This document shows positions 49,061-62,200 of a stretch of DNA of 64,000 nt, piece by piece. The position numbers were made by a program, and so were the translations under genes. The stretch is from positions 186,001 to 250,000 of the IMG/VR virus record IMGVR_UViG_3300020084_000003; one strand, given 5' to 3'. Under the pieces are notes generated by a model. It did no database searches, was not told the DNA's origin, and worked only from the letters and a program-made list of their open reading frames with translations. How positions within the stretch are numbered: the first letter of the stretch is position 1; each line of letters begins with the position of its first letter.

Positions 49061-50599
49061 TTATGGTAGAGTTCCTTCTGGAATATCAGTAAGAGTAAAT
49101 CCACTTGGATAATACCCAATATCTCTTATAAACATGTCACCGTGGTTTCCACGACCTTCATCTGTGTTATATTGGTCTGCTGTATATGTAGATGATGATC
49201 TAACAGCAACGTTTGCCATTGGAAAATATTGTCTTCTAGTTTGCATGTCTTGGTGACGTGCATAAAGAATTGATTCATATATTTCAATATCGTCATAGAA
49301 ATAAACAACTTTTGATCTACGGGTGTCAACGTCATCCCATATAACAGCACAAGCATAACTATGATAATCTTGGTCCCATCCTGTGGTTGCGCCAGTTACC
49401 AAGTTTGCTTCAATATGTGTCCCATGCGCTCCAACTCTTACGCTTGAACCAAAGTTACCATAATGCTGACCACAATGTGTAGTATATCCTGTTATTGTAT
49501 CATTGTTATATATCTGATTGAATTGCTCCATAATATCAATTTCAGGAGGCCATTGACCCCAAGGTGAAGTCGCACCCTCAAGTGATCTACCAATTAACCA
49601 AAATGCGGGCCATGTGTAACGACGACGAGGGGTTTTGGCAACCATTCTCCACACACCAGCGTTTCCACAAACAGAATCAAGTCTTTGTCCATTCATCATC
49701 ACGGCCTGATGCTTGTATGTTCTTCCGTTATATGAATAAGGAGCATTATCTGGAAAAGCCTCAGTATGTAATCTCAAAGCCTGTTCAGTTGAACTATAGC
49801 TAAATGGGTTCAAATGTCCCGGCATATAATTGTTTAAATAAACTCCGGTTTCGCCGTTACCGTCTTGTGAGTGTCCATGAGCAGGACGACCGCGCCATGT
49901 TCCAGTAGCAGCGGTTCCGGTTGATGCATTGTTTAAATAACCAGTTTCAGTTGGGTCTATTGTAGCAGGGTTGAATGTATTATTTCTTACTGCACCTGTA
50001 AGGTTTAGACGTTTCATTGGTCTGTGGAATTGTGTTGGCATTGTTGGATGGGTTGCACCATTTCTAAAAGTAATTGTGCATGACCCAGAAGCGCCAGTAG
50101 AACCTCTAAAAGTAAAGTTTACTCTTACACTGTTTCCGTCAGAATAAGAAGCATTTGGAAATTGAAGTCTAACCCAATGAATAAGATCATCGCCTATTGA
50201 CCAACGATATGTTCTAGGAGTATAATAGTTTAATTGGTTTGCGGAGCTACCTACGTTGATAGTTCCGCCTGTCACGTTACTCAAACCGCTGATATAAGCT
50301 ATCATTGAATGTGTATTTGTATGAGTTGCTGTTATTGGAATCCAGACAACGTTTTGTCCAGATGGAACATCCAAAGTCGATGGAACAGTCAAATTTGATC
50401 TAGTTGCGGTTGTCCATATCGCAGGAATATTTTCTGGAACTGGTGTTAAAGTCAATAACTGGTAAATATCAGTTACGGTTAAAATTTCCAATTCTGTTAA
50501 TGGTCCAAGACCGACCACTGCGTATTCTGGTGTTCCCGCGTGAAAAACCCACGGGCCACCAGATTTTGGACGAACAACAATACCAATAGCATCTGCCAT
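49061..50599 (-). CDS. GH16-family glycoside hydrolase-containing appendage protein
   Basis: WPAFWL and EIDIME catalytic motif; YHSYA. Confidence 0.8.
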   Translation of the reverse strand: MADAIGIVVRPKSGGPWVFHAGTPEYAVVGLGPLTELEILTVTDIYQLLTLTPVPENIPAIWTTATRSNLTVPSTLDVPSGQNVVWIPITATHTNTHSMIAYISGLSNVTGGTINVGSSANQLNYYTPRTYRWSIGDDLIHWVRLQFPNASYSDGNSVRVNFTFRGSTGASGSCTITFRNGATHPTMPTQFHRPMKRLNLTGAVRNNTFNPATIDPTETGYLNNASTGTAATGTWRGRPAHGHSQDGNGETGVYLNNYMPGHLNPFSYSSTEQALRLHTEAFPDNAPYSYNGRTYKHQAVMMNGQRLDSVCGNAGVWRMVAKTPRRRYTWPAFWLIGRSLEGATSPWGQWPPEIDIMEQFNQIYNNDTITGYTTHCGQHYGNFGSSVRVGAHGTHIEANLVTGATTGWDQDYHSYACAVIWDDVDTRRSKVVYFYDDIEIYESILYARHQDMQTRRQYFPMANVAVRSSSTYTADQYNTDEGRGNHGDMFIRDIGYYPSGFTLTDIPEGTLP

Positions 50600-50612
50600 A
50601 ATAAACTCCTAA

Positions 50613-53600
50613 TTAATTTGTTGGAAACTGAACTGTGAAACCAGAAACAGTTGGCGTGAATGTAGCATCACCTATAGGGGATAATGTTACTATATTTATA
50701 CCGTCAGGAATAGATTCTATTTGACTAGGTTCTGGCGGCGGCAATGCTATTGTGTGTGGGGCTGGCGACCCATCGACGCCAACTCCAAATTTAAAGTATG
50801 TCGCTGCTGGACGAGATAGCGCAGAGAATACACCGGCATAAATTGTTCCAGTGAAAGGTGCTGGATCGGTATAATCAATTTGCCATCCTGTAGGTTCAGG
50901 TGTTCCAACGTTCCACATTTTTGCGCGAATTCTCCCAGAAGTCCATCTTGCTCTAATAGCAACAGGTTGGTCAACCACAACATCTTGGTTCAAAGTGACA
51001 GATGCGGCTTCTGGATGAGTGCCGTTAGTAGTTCTACGACGCAAACGGAATATTTCAGTAGCAGGGTTTATATCCAAACGATACAATCCACCACCGCTAG
51101 ATACAGTATCAGTAGCAAAAATGAATTCCAATGAAGAACTGTTATTGTTTGAAGTTTGACCTTCTGAATAGAATTCAATATCTGTTGAACTTGACAATCC
51201 GGTATACAATACGCCAGCGTCACCACTAGCAGCACTAGTAACCTGTTGCAGAACTGTTCTACCATTCATTGTGCCAAATGTGAAGTTTGGCAGGTTGGTT
51301 GACAGATGCGCCCAAGGTGCAACTATAGGTCCAGCGGTATTCTCAGAGAAATTGGTGTAATACTGAGTTACTACTGGCTCTGGTTCTGGTTCTGGATCAG
51401 GTTCTACTACTACAGGTGTAAATCTTCTTATAGATAGACCGCTTAGATATGCATAAGTGCTACCAGTTTTTGGTCTAACAGTTAAAGTAATAACACCAGA
51501 AGAGTTTGCAACTACATCCATATTGACTTCAACTGGCGGAACAGTAGATGTGTTTAATTCAACTATCTGTCCAGCCGGTCCCACATATTCGCTGTATCTT
51601 GGCTCTGCAAGCTCACGACTTGCTACAATTCCCAATCTATAATTGGCATTAGGAACTGCGCCAGATATAGTCAATATCATGGTAACAGATTGTGAAACAT
51701 ATATATTCTCTCTAACAATTTCAGCAGAAAGAAGCTGACCATTATATGCAGGAAGTGATCCAATTACACCGTTCGCGTTAGTCATACGACCCGGATTTGT
51801 TGCGCCCAATGATGGGTTTCCAGTAAATGATGAAGTCATAGACATGCCAGATGATGCACCATCAATATATCTAATATTTGCTACTGTAGGAGTTTGTGTC
51901 TCGTTACCATAAGCATTATTATATACGTTAGCAGGCGCAGGAGGATGCTGTGAACCAGTGAAGTTTATTATCGCCAAAGATGTTGACTCTGGATCGACAA
52001 CTGGTGGAACATATACTCTTTCTTCCAATTCTACCGGCACTTGATCGTTTAGGACTTCTACGACTTTATCAAGTATCCATGTTTTAAATGATGTATATCC
52101 AGAAGCAGTCAAGTGGACATTATCAGAACTTAACCATGTGTCATGATCTTGCAAAACTTTACGATAAAAATCAAACTTAGGTCTTCCATAAGGCGCTATG
52201 GCATGAGGGAAGTTGGTTTGAATCCAAGGTTGGATTATATTTTCGTTATAGGGTTTTGTGCCACGGGATGGGTCTTGGAATGCCATACCATCATAATTTC
52301 TAAAAGTAAGGTTTGCTGGATAGTATCTATCGTCATCCCTTGCTGCGTTTAGAAGGTTTGAAAGGCGAGTATTGAATGTTGATTCTCCACCCGGATATGG
52401 TCTGTTATTTGTAACATCATTTCCGCCAAAGTGAGAAATAATCAAAGCATTAGGATGCGCTGCTCTTGCTGCGTTATAATACGTAGGAGCCGCTTCCAAT
52501 GTTGCACCACCGACTGCATGACCATAAACAGGAATTGATTGTCCATTATATTCAACTGTTGTGTTTGGAGTTGTCAAACTATTTCCAAACATTGAATTCA
52601 TTAAGCTTGCGCCTATGACTACGACTGAATCAATTTCAGCAGGAGTTGGTTCTACTGGTGTAGATGCTTGGCTACCAACCCAAATTCTGGCAGCTTCTCT
52701 TTCTGCATCACTTGGAATGGATGTTGACAAAACGTATCCAGAAACATCAATGATAATATCTTGTGCCCAAGACATTAAATACATTGAAGTGGAATTGTTC
52801 ATTGTTCCAGCAGCATTATTTTCAACTTCTAGAACGCCGTTCTTCCACATACGCAAGGTTGTTCCAAATCTTTCAACTTCATAGGTATCCCATTGATCGC
52901 GAGAACCATTTACAGTATGACTTGGCAAGCTTGAAGTAGTTGCTACGTTTCCGCTTGCTGCAATTTGTATAACTTCATATGGAGTAGGTTCAGTATAAAT
53001 TATGCTTATATGACCGTCAACGCCACCTGTAACTCTTGCTCTCCAACAGACATAGAATCCATCCATTGATATTCCACTAACTGAGTTTTGGAAACCAGTA
53101 AATCTTAGTGCATTATCAACTATTGTAGGGCTAGGACCATTTTTACTTGGACCATTATAGCCGTTTGCATTCCAGCTAATTAATGTATTTGCTGGAAGAC
53201 CATCAACTGGTTCAGTTTCAGCTATAGTTATAGTGTTTGTCACACTGGTTGCATTTGGAGAAATACCATTTGACCATGTTACAACTGCACTATATTCACC
53301 TTCGCCCATAATTGATTTATCAAGTGTCAAGCCATTTGCACCATCAATGTCTGTTCCATTATAACGCCATTGTTGAGTTGCAGTTGGTGTTGGAGTTCCA
53401 CTTGCTGCACCTATATTAAGTGTCAACATTCCGCTAACGGAGGTTGAACCAATAATTGTTGCTTGTGTTGTTACAACAGGTGCGGTATCGGCTGGTGGAG
53501 TTACAACTTCACCATATGTTGGTAGTAGATCACCAAATTCTTCGAAAGTATATGTTGGAGTAGCATTTTCGGTTCCACCCATACCAATTGATTCTTCTGA

Positions 53601-56600
53601 ATTTGCAATTTCCCATGCAACTCTTTTAAAGTATGCGTCCAATTCCGCAGACATTATAGAAGTTGGCGGTGAATAGGTTGAATTTCTTTGGTCTGATTGA
53701 TATAGACATGTGTGAACAAATACTGAAAGCGCATAAGAAGCTAGGTTTCCAGTATGAATATCATCAATGAAAAGTTGTCTATGATCGGTAATACCGGGAA
53801 CAAGGCCAGCTTGAATATCGTCATAAACACGTATCATCCACGCATGACCGGGGAATGTCCATACTCTCCAATTTGCAGGAAGATTTGGATACATTTGTTT
53901 CATTTTCCATGTAACATACTCGGCCATGAAGCGGAAACTTCTTCCGTATTCTACGCAACTACCTCTAAATCCGCCAAATTGGCTCCATTCTGCTTCGTTA
54001 TTTCCGCCAGCACCAATCCAGCCTTCTACGTTCGGCCAAATTGACCACAAAATAGTAGAAGCGCCGTTTGGACCCTTACCATTAAGATAAGAGTTTTGTG
54101 CATATCTTAGCAAATCTCTGCAAGAATCTGCCATCCAAGGTCCACCGACTCTAGATGGTGGACCACCCTCAGTAATCATCAATACATCAAACAATGAAAT
54201 ATCTCTACGAGGATCATATGGTTCCGTTGGATTTTCCCAACGGAACCACATCGGAGAACCGGGTATTGTTGCTTTAGTGTGGTTTTCTGGTGTCCATTGG
54301 TAGGTATCAGGGAATTCGCCAATGTAAACATTTCTCATGTTACCCGGCCAACCATCTATTGAAGAGTTTACATAAGCATCGGTTAAGCTATGTCCGCTAT
54401 GAATATGTAAAGTATTCGCAGTAGATGCAGTTCTAAGATTTTCTGAACCACCACCTGTATCGCCGCCGCCAGTGTCACCACCACCGGGATTATTTGGAGC
54501 AACCCATGTATCACCTTCCATCCAACCAATGAAATCTCTGCCCTCATTTGGACCTTCATTTTGGTTATTATAGTTAATAATTGCGGTATAGCGAGGGTTA
54601 TAATCGCCAGCATAGCGCATGGCACCCCAGAAACCATGACGACCGGGCGCAGCGCATTCAACGAATACGTTAAATAGTAATCCACCTATATCGTAATATC
54701 TGGTGATAATGTTAGTATACAATTCGCCCATTTGTGAGCTATAGTGGAATCTAGCATAAAAATCTAGTAATGTTGGATCAGCATCTAGTGCAGGGTGATG
54801 AACCACAATATGGCTTCCACCTTCATACATTATCAAATCAAGACCAGCAGCAGTTGCTTCTGTTTTATGATATTGTATAGTTGCTATAACGTTATCAATT
54901 GAACCGTTAGCGCCTGATGGAATATGGCGACCGTCAAGCATTTGATCGCGCATACGATTGAATGCTTCGGTATCACCCAAAGAACGCCATTCTTGAACAA
55001 TTGGTATATTTTCTTCTCTTCCAAGGCCACCGTCAAAGTATCCTGTTACCGCATATCCGTGGCAGTAATTCTTAGGTGCCTGACGACCCTCTTGCATACC
55101 AACCCAACGTGGAGAATTCAAGCTGCCCCATTCTAGACCCATCCATCCAGTATGAACGGCCATGACGTTATAATGACGATTAGTAGTTCCAGCATAAACA
55201 GCATTAATAAGCATTGACATTTCTGCCACTCTACCGCCATAAAACTGCATATATCCATCACCGCCAGCACTATCAGGCCACAATTCAGTAGCTTGTGCCA
55301 ATGCATAATGAGCTTGTGAAAACTGCCAGTTCCAGACTTCGTTTGAATATTCGTAGTGCGCTTTAAGCTTTGGATTTAGATTGTTTCTTACATATGTTGC
55401 AAAATTTGTTATATATTCGTCAGTTGCCATATGAGGGAAACAGAACCAAGGATCAGAACCAATGGTATTTGCCAATCTAACCATAATTTCCAATGGAACG
55501 CCACCAGCTTTGCTATAAGTGCAATGTGAAGGTAGAGTGCGCTCTGACCAATTAGAAATAATAGAATTGTTTGTGTCCATCCAATCCATGAAACGAACAA
55601 CACGCATATTATTTATTGCATCCAACCAAACCGGTCTGAATATTTCACCGGAATTGAATATGCCCAAATGTTCGGTTTTAACACAAGTTATATTTTTGAT
55701 AGGATTTGTTTCAACAATTGAAGTAATGTCAACAGAAACCAAACCTTGACCCGGAACGAAATCAAATTCTATCCAGTTTGTTCCATTAGTTCTAGATGAA
55801 ACTCTACCATTTACAGCTATAGTCCCTGCACCTGTCCATGACAAGCGGTATCTACCAGCCATTGTAACATCATCTTCTTGTAAATCTACCAATATTAATG
55901 CGCTAAGTGAACTACAATCACTCGGCATAGCAATAGGCCAGCCATTTTCATCTAGATAACCATTTGCTCTTAGATTTGAGTTGGTTCTTTGTGTCCATTC
56001 GGTTGCAGAACGACCTTCCCAATTTCTGCTAGTTTTCATAACATCCAAAAATGGTTGGTTTGAACCCCAATCTGCTATACCATTTAGACCCATAGCCAAT
56101 GGTGGGTTTGTTCTAGCTGTAATTGTTCCGGTTGAACCTGTTGGTGCAGCAGTAATAGTTACAGAAGTAGGATTGGTAACACCATTAGATAGTGTTATTA
56201 CACAAGATGGAACAGCATTTTCGCCTTCCGGTCTTACGAAAGTTGAACTAATTTGTCCTGCTACTGCAACGCCGTCAATAAACCACTGGTATGAAACCAC
56301 TGGAATCGGTTTGCCCAAAAATGAACCTTGTGAACAAAATAGAGTATCGCCCGGCAAATTGCCGCCACTAATTGTAGGTTGAACCAAGAATGAAGGTTGA
56401 ACATTTCTTGCAATAGTTTTTAAATTAATTCCACCCGCAGTGAATGTTGACACTTGATGCCAATCCGCAGGAATTGGATCATTTTCATTTATCAAAATCA
56501 TTGTATTTTCAGGCAAATCGGCTGGACCGCCTTCGCTATTTCCGCTTGGACCTTGTGGGCCTACCGGACCTTGAATACCCTGTGGACCTACCGGACCAAT

Positions 56601-57275
56601 TGGGCCTGCTGGACCTTGGATACCTTGTGGTCCAGTATTTCCAGTTAAACCAATTGGGCCTTGTGGTCCTTGTGGGCCAACCGGTCCCTCTGGACCTTGT
56701 TCGCCTCTAATGCCCTGTGGGCCTGTGTTTCCAGTTAAACCAATTGGCCCTTGTGGACCCATTGGACCCTCTATACCATCTGCCCCTGCTGGACCTTGGA
56801 TACCTTGTGGACCTGTGTTTCCAGTTAAACCTATTGGGCCTTGTGGTCCTATTGGACCGGCTGGACCTGACGGGCCTGCGATACTTCCACCACTTACATA
56901 TTCCTGACCATCATAGAACCACAAATTAGTTCCTACAATGTAAGTGTCGCCTATTTCTGGTTCTGGATCAAGAGGAAGCTCTGATACACTTTCAAATAAA
57001 CCAAGTATTGTAGAATTGCTTCTAGTTTTTCTTCTTGAAAATTCATCAAAATTTACTTCTGCTTCTACGCCTTCCTCATATGTTCTTAAACGAACATCCA
57101 TGTTCGCAGGAATAACGGTAACGAATCCAGAACGAATTCTAGAATTAGTCTTAACCGATGAGCCACTAGGAGAAAATTCTACTAATACAACATCCCCGGA
57201 GGATACATTGAATATAGTAGAACCTGTGGTTTTAATTACTTGTGACCACTGATTGTTTACCGTTATTAACGCCAT
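50613..57275 (-). CDS. 2220-aa modular appendage protein: anchor, collagen, Ig, clan GH-A-like hydrolase, two SGNH domains, LamG/lectin domains
   Basis: GxY repeats; [26 protein letters not shown]; GHSLT...DDIH; GASLM...GGND...DNVH. Confidence 0.75.
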   Translation of the reverse strand: MALITVNNQWSQVIKTTGSTIFNVSSGDVVLVEFSPSGSSVKTNSRIRSGFVTVIPANMDVRLRTYEEGVEAEVNFDEFSRRKTRSNSTILGLFESVSELPLDPEPEIGDTYIVGTNLWFYDGQEYVSGGSIAGPSGPAGPIGPQGPIGLTGNTGPQGIQGPAGADGIEGPMGPQGPIGLTGNTGPQGIRGEQGPEGPVGPQGPQGPIGLTGNTGPQGIQGPAGPIGPVGPQGIQGPVGPQGPSGNSEGGPADLPENTMILINENDPIPADWHQVSTFTAGGINLKTIARNVQPSFLVQPTISGGNLPGDTLFCSQGSFLGKPIPVVSYQWFIDGVAVAGQISSTFVRPEGENAVPSCVITLSNGVTNPTSVTITAAPTGSTGTITARTNPPLAMGLNGIADWGSNQPFLDVMKTSRNWEGRSATEWTQRTNSNLRANGYLDENGWPIAMPSDCSSLSALILVDLQEDDVTMAGRYRLSWTGAGTIAVNGRVSSRTNGTNWIEFDFVPGQGLVSVDITSIVETNPIKNITCVKTEHLGIFNSGEIFRPVWLDAINNMRVVRFMDWMDTNNSIISNWSERTLPSHCTYSKAGGVPLEIMVRLANTIGSDPWFCFPHMATDEYITNFATYVRNNLNPKLKAHYEYSNEVWNWQFSQAHYALAQATELWPDSAGGDGYMQFYGGRVAEMSMLINAVYAGTTNRHYNVMAVHTGWMGLEWGSLNSPRWVGMQEGRQAPKNYCHGYAVTGYFDGGLGREENIPIVQEWRSLGDTEAFNRMRDQMLDGRHIPSGANGSIDNVIATIQYHKTEATAAGLDLIMYEGGSHIVVHHPALDADPTLLDFYARFHYSSQMGELYTNIITRYYDIGGLLFNVFVECAAPGRHGFWGAMRYAGDYNPRYTAIINYNNQNEGPNEGRDFIGWMEGDTWVAPNNPGGGDTGGGDTGGGSENLRTASTANTLHIHSGHSLTDAYVNSSIDGWPGNMRNVYIGEFPDTYQWTPENHTKATIPGSPMWFRWENPTEPYDPRRDISLFDVLMITEGGPPSRVGGPWMADSCRDLLRYAQNSYLNGKGPNGASTILWSIWPNVEGWIGAGGNNEAEWSQFGGFRGSCVEYGRSFRFMAEYVTWKMKQMYPNLPANWRVWTFPGHAWMIRVYDDIQAGLVPGITDHRQLFIDDIHTGNLASYALSVFVHTCLYQSDQRNSTYSPPTSIMSAELDAYFKRVAWEIANSEESIGMGGTENATPTYTFEEFGDLLPTYGEVVTPPADTAPVVTTQATIIGSTSVSGMLTLNIGAASGTPTPTATQQWRYNGTDIDGANGLTLDKSIMGEGEYSAVVTWSNGISPNATSVTNTITIAETEPVDGLPANTLISWNANGYNGPSKNGPSPTIVDNALRFTGFQNSVSGISMDGFYVCWRARVTGGVDGHISIIYTEPTPYEVIQIAASGNVATTSSLPSHTVNGSRDQWDTYEVERFGTTLRMWKNGVLEVENNAAGTMNNSTSMYLMSWAQDIIIDVSGYVLSTSIPSDAEREAARIWVGSQASTPVEPTPAEIDSVVVIGASLMNSMFGNSLTTPNTTVEYNGQSIPVYGHAVGGATLEAAPTYYNAARAAHPNALIISHFGGNDVTNNRPYPGGESTFNTRLSNLLNAARDDDRYYPANLTFRNYDGMAFQDPSRGTKPYNENIIQPWIQTNFPHAIAPYGRPKFDFYRKVLQDHDTWLSSDNVHLTASGYTSFKTWILDKVVEVLNDQVPVELEERVYVPPVVDPESTSLAIINFTGSQHPPAPANVYNNAYGNETQTPTVANIRYIDGASSGMSMTSSFTGNPSLGATNPGRMTNANGVIGSLPAYNGQLLSAEIVRENIYVSQSVTMILTISGAVPNANYRLGIVASRELAEPRYSEYVGPAGQIVELNTSTVPPVEVNMDVVANSSGVITLTVRPKTGSTYAYLSGLSIRRFTPVVVEPDPEPEPEPVVTQYYTNFSENTAGPIVAPWAHLSTNLPNFTFGTMNGRTVLQQVTSAASGDAGVLYTGLSSSTDIEFYSEGQTSNNNSSSLEFIFATDTVSSGGGLYRLDINPATEIFRLRRRTTNGTHPEAASVTLNQDVVVDQPVAIRARWTSGRIRAKMWNVGTPEPTGWQIDYTDPAPFTGTIYAGVFSALSRPAATYFKFGVGVDGSPAPHTIALPPPEPSQIESIPDGINIVTLSPIGDATFTPTVSGFTVQFPTN

Positions 57276-57295
57276 ATCTTGCCTCTTAAATCAAA

Positions 57296-58420
57296 TTATA
57301 CTTGTGGTCTTCTTAGACCCGCAGCCAACAATGGAAATGCCCCTGAATTTCTAAAAAATTCAGATGGGTATGTTGAAGGCCATGTTCTTTCTGTCCCTGC
57401 CGCACCTGTAATTGCACCAGCTTGTGTCATAAGAACTCCCGGTGGACTTCCAGTATTTAGAGGTTGACCCAAATCAACACCAATTTCTGCTGATGCCATA
57501 TGAGATACGCCTGTGGTTTGCCATTGGAAACCACCTGATGGTATATTCAAAGAAAATCCTAGCCATACTTTATCACTGTGTTGATTGTGCAAAATAGGAG
57601 TTGCCAAATCTACTGCGCCAGAGTTTGTGTTAACAACTGGTGTTTGAACTTTAACCAAAAGTTGTCCCGGCAATCCATTTGAGTTACTATCATAAATTCC
57701 CATTTCTATTATGGCACCGGCTGTGATTGATCCTTGAATGCCCATGAATAAGCTGACAATATCATATCCTTCACAATACAAAGGTCTTACTTTAACTCTA
57801 TCTCCATGCCCTTCTGTAGTTGCTGAACCGTTACTCCATGCAGACCAATGGGATTGATGCCTATCAATGCTTGGATATGGTCTTACATATGGTTTGATTT
57901 TGTAAGTATCAAACATTTTGTTGCTACTTGTTGGCTGAGAAACTGAAATGTCTCCTGAACCCAAGATTGATTGACCATTTATTGTTTTAAATTCAGTCTC
58001 GCCGGGTCTACCTTGAATACCTCTGATATTTCCGCCGTTTACATATTCTGTGCCATTATAGAACCAAAGATCACTTCCTACTATGTATGTATCTCCCAAC
58101 TGTGGAGTTGGGGTTGTAGGCAAATCATCTGTAGAAACAAAAGAGCCTAGAATTGCAGTGCTGTGTCTGTTCTTTTCTCTAGTGAACTCATCCATAAATA
58201 CATCGACTGTATAGCTTGGAGTAGTAGTTCTAAGTTGAAAATACATATTGCCCGGCAAAATGGTAGAAAAACCTGCCAGAATTCTTGATTCGTTTGAAAA
58301 TTCATCTGCAACAGTAGAAAATCTTATCGAAATATGCTCACCAGAAGGAACATTAATTAATGTTGAACCTGTGGTTTTAATAACAGGTGTCCAACTATTA
58401 CTTACATTTAACAATGGCAT
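57296..58420 (-). CDS. Short fibre protein with the shared N-terminal anchor domain
   Basis: N-terminus paralogous to 50613-57275 and 59265-63296; KTINGQSILGSGDI fibre motif; GIYDS....PG.LL. Confidence 0.65.
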   Translation of the reverse strand: MPLLNVSNSWTPVIKTTGSTLINVPSGEHISIRFSTVADEFSNESRILAGFSTILPGNMYFQLRTTTPSYTVDVFMDEFTREKNRHSTAILGSFVSTDDLPTTPTPQLGDTYIVGSDLWFYNGTEYVNGGNIRGIQGRPGETEFKTINGQSILGSGDISVSQPTSSNKMFDTYKIKPYVRPYPSIDRHQSHWSAWSNGSATTEGHGDRVKVRPLYCEGYDIVSLFMGIQGSITAGAIIEMGIYDSNSNGLPGQLLVKVQTPVVNTNSGAVDLATPILHNQHSDKVWLGFSLNIPSGGFQWQTTGVSHMASAEIGVDLGQPLNTGSPPGVLMTQAGAITGAAGTERTWPSTYPSEFFRNSGAFPLLAAGLRRPQV

Positions 58421-58456
58421 CTATTCTGACCTCTTACACTTTGATTGTTATAACGT

Positions 58457-58464
58457 TATTTATA
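58457..58464 (-). promoter_or_regulatory. T4-type late promoter
   Basis: TATAAATA. Confidence 0.7.
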
Positions 58465-59251
58465 TGTCGTTAAGCCAGTTATTCACAACTATATTCTCTC
58501 CTTCGATATAAGATATAGCAGGTTTAAATGCTGCTCTGTAAACATCGAAGCTTCCGCCAGTTGCAGTAGTTCTTCCCATTGTAAACGCAGAGGTAGCAAT
58601 GTTCGCGCCTCTTGTTAGATTGAAGTTGACCCTTTGACCATCAACTTCACAAAAACAGTCTACTGTAACATCTTGACCACCAGAAGGGGTGTTGATTATA
58701 AGATTTCTAATAAATCCATCGTTAACCGAAACCGCTGGCGTAAAGCTTCCACTGCTACCTTGTTGAACTTCAAATGAAATAGAACCACTCGCGTTTTGAA
58801 CATAACCAAATCTTCTATTTCCACCAATTCCGTTGTGTCTCCCCCAAATTTGACCACCAGTTCCAGCAGCATGTCTTATTTTCATAGCTTTTACTATGCT
58901 AGAATATGCTGTAAATGATGCCACACATCTTAAAAATACGTTTGTCTCCATAAACGAAACATATCTTTTTCCGTTATTATCTACTCTTAAAGTCGGGACG
59001 GGGTGTGCAGGATCGCGAACCAAATCCCAAGCATTAGAACCTTGAGATTTCCAGCAATGAACAGGGCCATTAATTACAGCAGGAATAGTGCCTGCGTCAT
59101 CCGAGAAAACATCAACATTTGCGTCATACCATATGTAATCAGCAGGCAGACGTTTAGGCATGGGCCATACAAAGCCCATGCCTTTCATTTGTAAAACTTG
59201 ATTGTTACCATATTTTATTTGAACGGCATTAACTAAATCTAACTTTGGCAT
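58460..59251 (-). CDS. Putative fibre-tip / receptor-binding protein (LamG-like)
   Basis: N-terminal IKYGN.QV......FVWP adaptor-like motif; IWYDA...V..W.SQG. Confidence 0.5.
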   Translation of the reverse strand: MPKLDLVNAVQIKYGNNQVLQMKGMGFVWPMPKRLPADYIWYDANVDVFSDDAGTIPAVINGPVHCWKSQGSNAWDLVRDPAHPVPTLRVDNNGKRYVSFMETNVFLRCVASFTAYSSIVKAMKIRHAAGTGGQIWGRHNGIGGNRRFGYVQNASGSISFEVQQGSSGSFTPAVSVNDGFIRNLIINTPSGGQDVTVDCFCEVDGQRVNFNLTRGANIATSAFTMGRTTATGGSFDVYRAAFKPAISYIEGENIVVNNWLNDI

Positions 59252-59264
59252 AATAAATCCTAAT

Positions 59265-62200
59265 TTAAGCTATTCTTACTACTAATTCGAATGGACCCGG
59301 ATTAGAAGCATCAAATGCGGCTTGAGTATTAACTGTGGTTATTATTATAGATTGCCCCGCTGGACCGGTGTTTCCAACTGGACCTTGCGGGCCAGTGTTA
59401 CCTACCGGACCTTGAATACCTTGTGGTCCAGTATTTCCTTGCGGCCCTTGTGGACCTTGGATGCCCTGTGGGCCGGTGTTGCCAACTCGACCTTGAGGGC
59501 CTATCGGACCACGTTCGCCTACTGGTGAAAACGCAAGAATATCCCAATTAGTTGAAATATTTTCAAATGGTGAAGAATTTCCATCTGTTTGTGAAATCCA
59601 AACAAAAGATGCAACTGATCCGTTAAGAGGATCGCCATCACCATCTAGTATTTGGTAAACACCATCTCCTTCTGTATAAACAGAATTTGGATTCCACAAT
59701 CCTCTCCAATTTAAACCGGTTCCTACATCACCTTTTGGACCAACTGGACCTTGTGAGCCTTGCGGACCTATCGGGCCTTGTGGACCCTCTGGGCCTGTTG
59801 GGCCTACTGGACCAATATCACCTTGTGGACCTTGTTCGCCCACTGGTGAAAATACAAGAATGTCCCAATCAATACCCATGTTTTCAAAAGGATTGCTATT
59901 GCCGGGTTCTTCTGGTAGCCAGATATAAGATATAACTGAACCATTCAACGGTGAACCAGAACTTATATTTATTGTTTGATATACAACATCGTTTTTATTA
60001 TATATCTCACTAGATAGCCATTCACCCTTCCATTCAATTCCAACTTCACCTTGTGGGCCTACTGGACCTTGCGGGCCAATCGGGCCTTGTGGTCCCGCAA
60101 CACCTTGCGGTCCAGTATTTCCTTGTGGACCCTGAACACCTTGTGGTCCTGTTGGACCTGTCGGGCCAACATCACCAACATCACCTTTTTCGCCTCTTTG
60201 GCCTTGGACACCTTGGATACCTTGTGGGCCTTGTGGTCCAGCAGGGCCAACCGGACCTGTATCGCCAATGTCACCCTTTTCGCCTCTTGGGCCTTGTGGT
60301 CCAGTTTCTCCAACTAAACCTTGTGGTCCGGTTTCACCTTGTGGTCCAGTAAGTCCAATTGGACCTTGAGGGCCGGTTTCGCCTTGTGGACCTTGGATAC
60401 CTTGTGGACCTGTGTTACCGACCGGACCTTGAGGGCCAACCGGACCCTCTGGACCTTGGACGCCTTGTGGACCTGTGTTACCTGTCGGACCTACTGGACC
60501 TTGAATACCTTGTGGTCCAGTATTTCCAGTTAAACCTATTGGACCTTGGATACCTTGTGGACCTGTGTTACCAACTGGACCTTGAATACCCTGAATACCT
60601 TGTGGTCCGGTATTTCCGACCGGGCCTTGTGGACCTTGGATACCTTGTGGACCAGTGTTGCCAACCGGACCTTGCGGGCCAGCTATACCTTGTGGACCAG
60701 TGTTACCGACCGGACCTTGAGGACCAGTTGGGCCTTGTGGCCCCTGTGGACCTTGGATACCTTGGATACCATTTTCTCCCTGAATACCTTGCGGCCCTTG
60801 TGGGCCAACTGGACCTTGCGGACCTACTGGACCCGCTGGACCTTGTTCACCCACTGGTGAAAATACAAGAATATCCCAATTTACGGAAATATTTTCAGAT
60901 GGTATGGAGTTTCCAGATGTATTTGCAGTCCAAACAAAAGATGCAACAGAACCATTTAGAGCATTATTGCTTGAGCTTAATATTTGATAAACAGCGTCAT
61001 CTTTTTCATATACAGAATTAGAACTCCACAATCCTCTCCAATTTATACCTTTAGGACCAACTGGACCAATAGGGCCAACTAAACCACGCGGGCCAACTGG
61101 ACCTTGCGGACCTTGAATGTTTCCAACGTTATTCCATGAATCATCATTAATTGAGTAAACCCACAAGTTTCCGTCAATTATGTATGAATCTCCATTTTCA
61201 GATGTTAATGGCAGATCATCTTCTGATTCGAGCGCACCAATAATATTTACGCCGGTTCCATCGTCACCTTTTTCGCCAATATCACCTTTTGGACCAACCG
61301 GACCTTGCGGACCTACTGGACCTTGAATACCTTGTGGACCTGTGTTACCTGTCGGGCCAACTGGACCTTGAATGCCTTGTGGTCCGGTGTTGCCTTGTGG
61401 CCCTTGTGGTCCTATCGGGCCACGCTCACCTGTTGGACCTTGCGGCCCTTCCGGTCCCTGAATACCTTGTGGGCCAGTATTTCCAACCGGTCCTTGAGGG
61501 CCAGTTTCACCTTGTGGTCCGGTGTTGCCTTGTGGCCCTTGTGGACCGGTATTACCAACTGGACCTTGCGGACCTTGAATACCCTGAATACCTTGTGGAC
61601 CGGTGTTACCGGTTGGACCTGTAGCGCCTCTATTTGCCAAAATAGACCATGTAGAGGTAGTAGTTGGAACAACGTTAATTGCAGTATTTACTATTAAGAT
61701 ATAAGAAGTATTTGAAGAGTAAACAACATCATTTCTTGAATATGTTGCAGCAGCGTTATAGTTTCCTCTCCAAGTTATACCAACTGGACCGGTATTACCA
61801 ACTGGACCTTGCGGACCTGTGTCACCGACCGGGCCTTGTGGTCCGGTTTCACCCTGAATACCTTGCGGTCCAGTATTTCCAGTTAAACCTTGAATACCCT
61901 GCGGGCCTTGAATACCTTGTGGGCCTGTGTTACCAATATCGCCTTTTGGACCAACCGGACCTTGCGGACCTACTGGACCTTGAATACCTTGCGGTCCAGT
62001 ATTTCCAGTTAAACCTTGTGGGCCTTGTGGTCCGGTTTCGCCTCTCTCGCCTCTTTGACCTTGCGGACCTGTTGGACCTACCGGGCCTTGTGGACCTTGG
62101 ATACCTTGTGGACCTTCATCACCCACATCACCTTTTGGTCCAACTGGACCAATTGGACCTTGAATACCTTGTGGGCCAGTATTTCCAGTTAAACCTTGGA

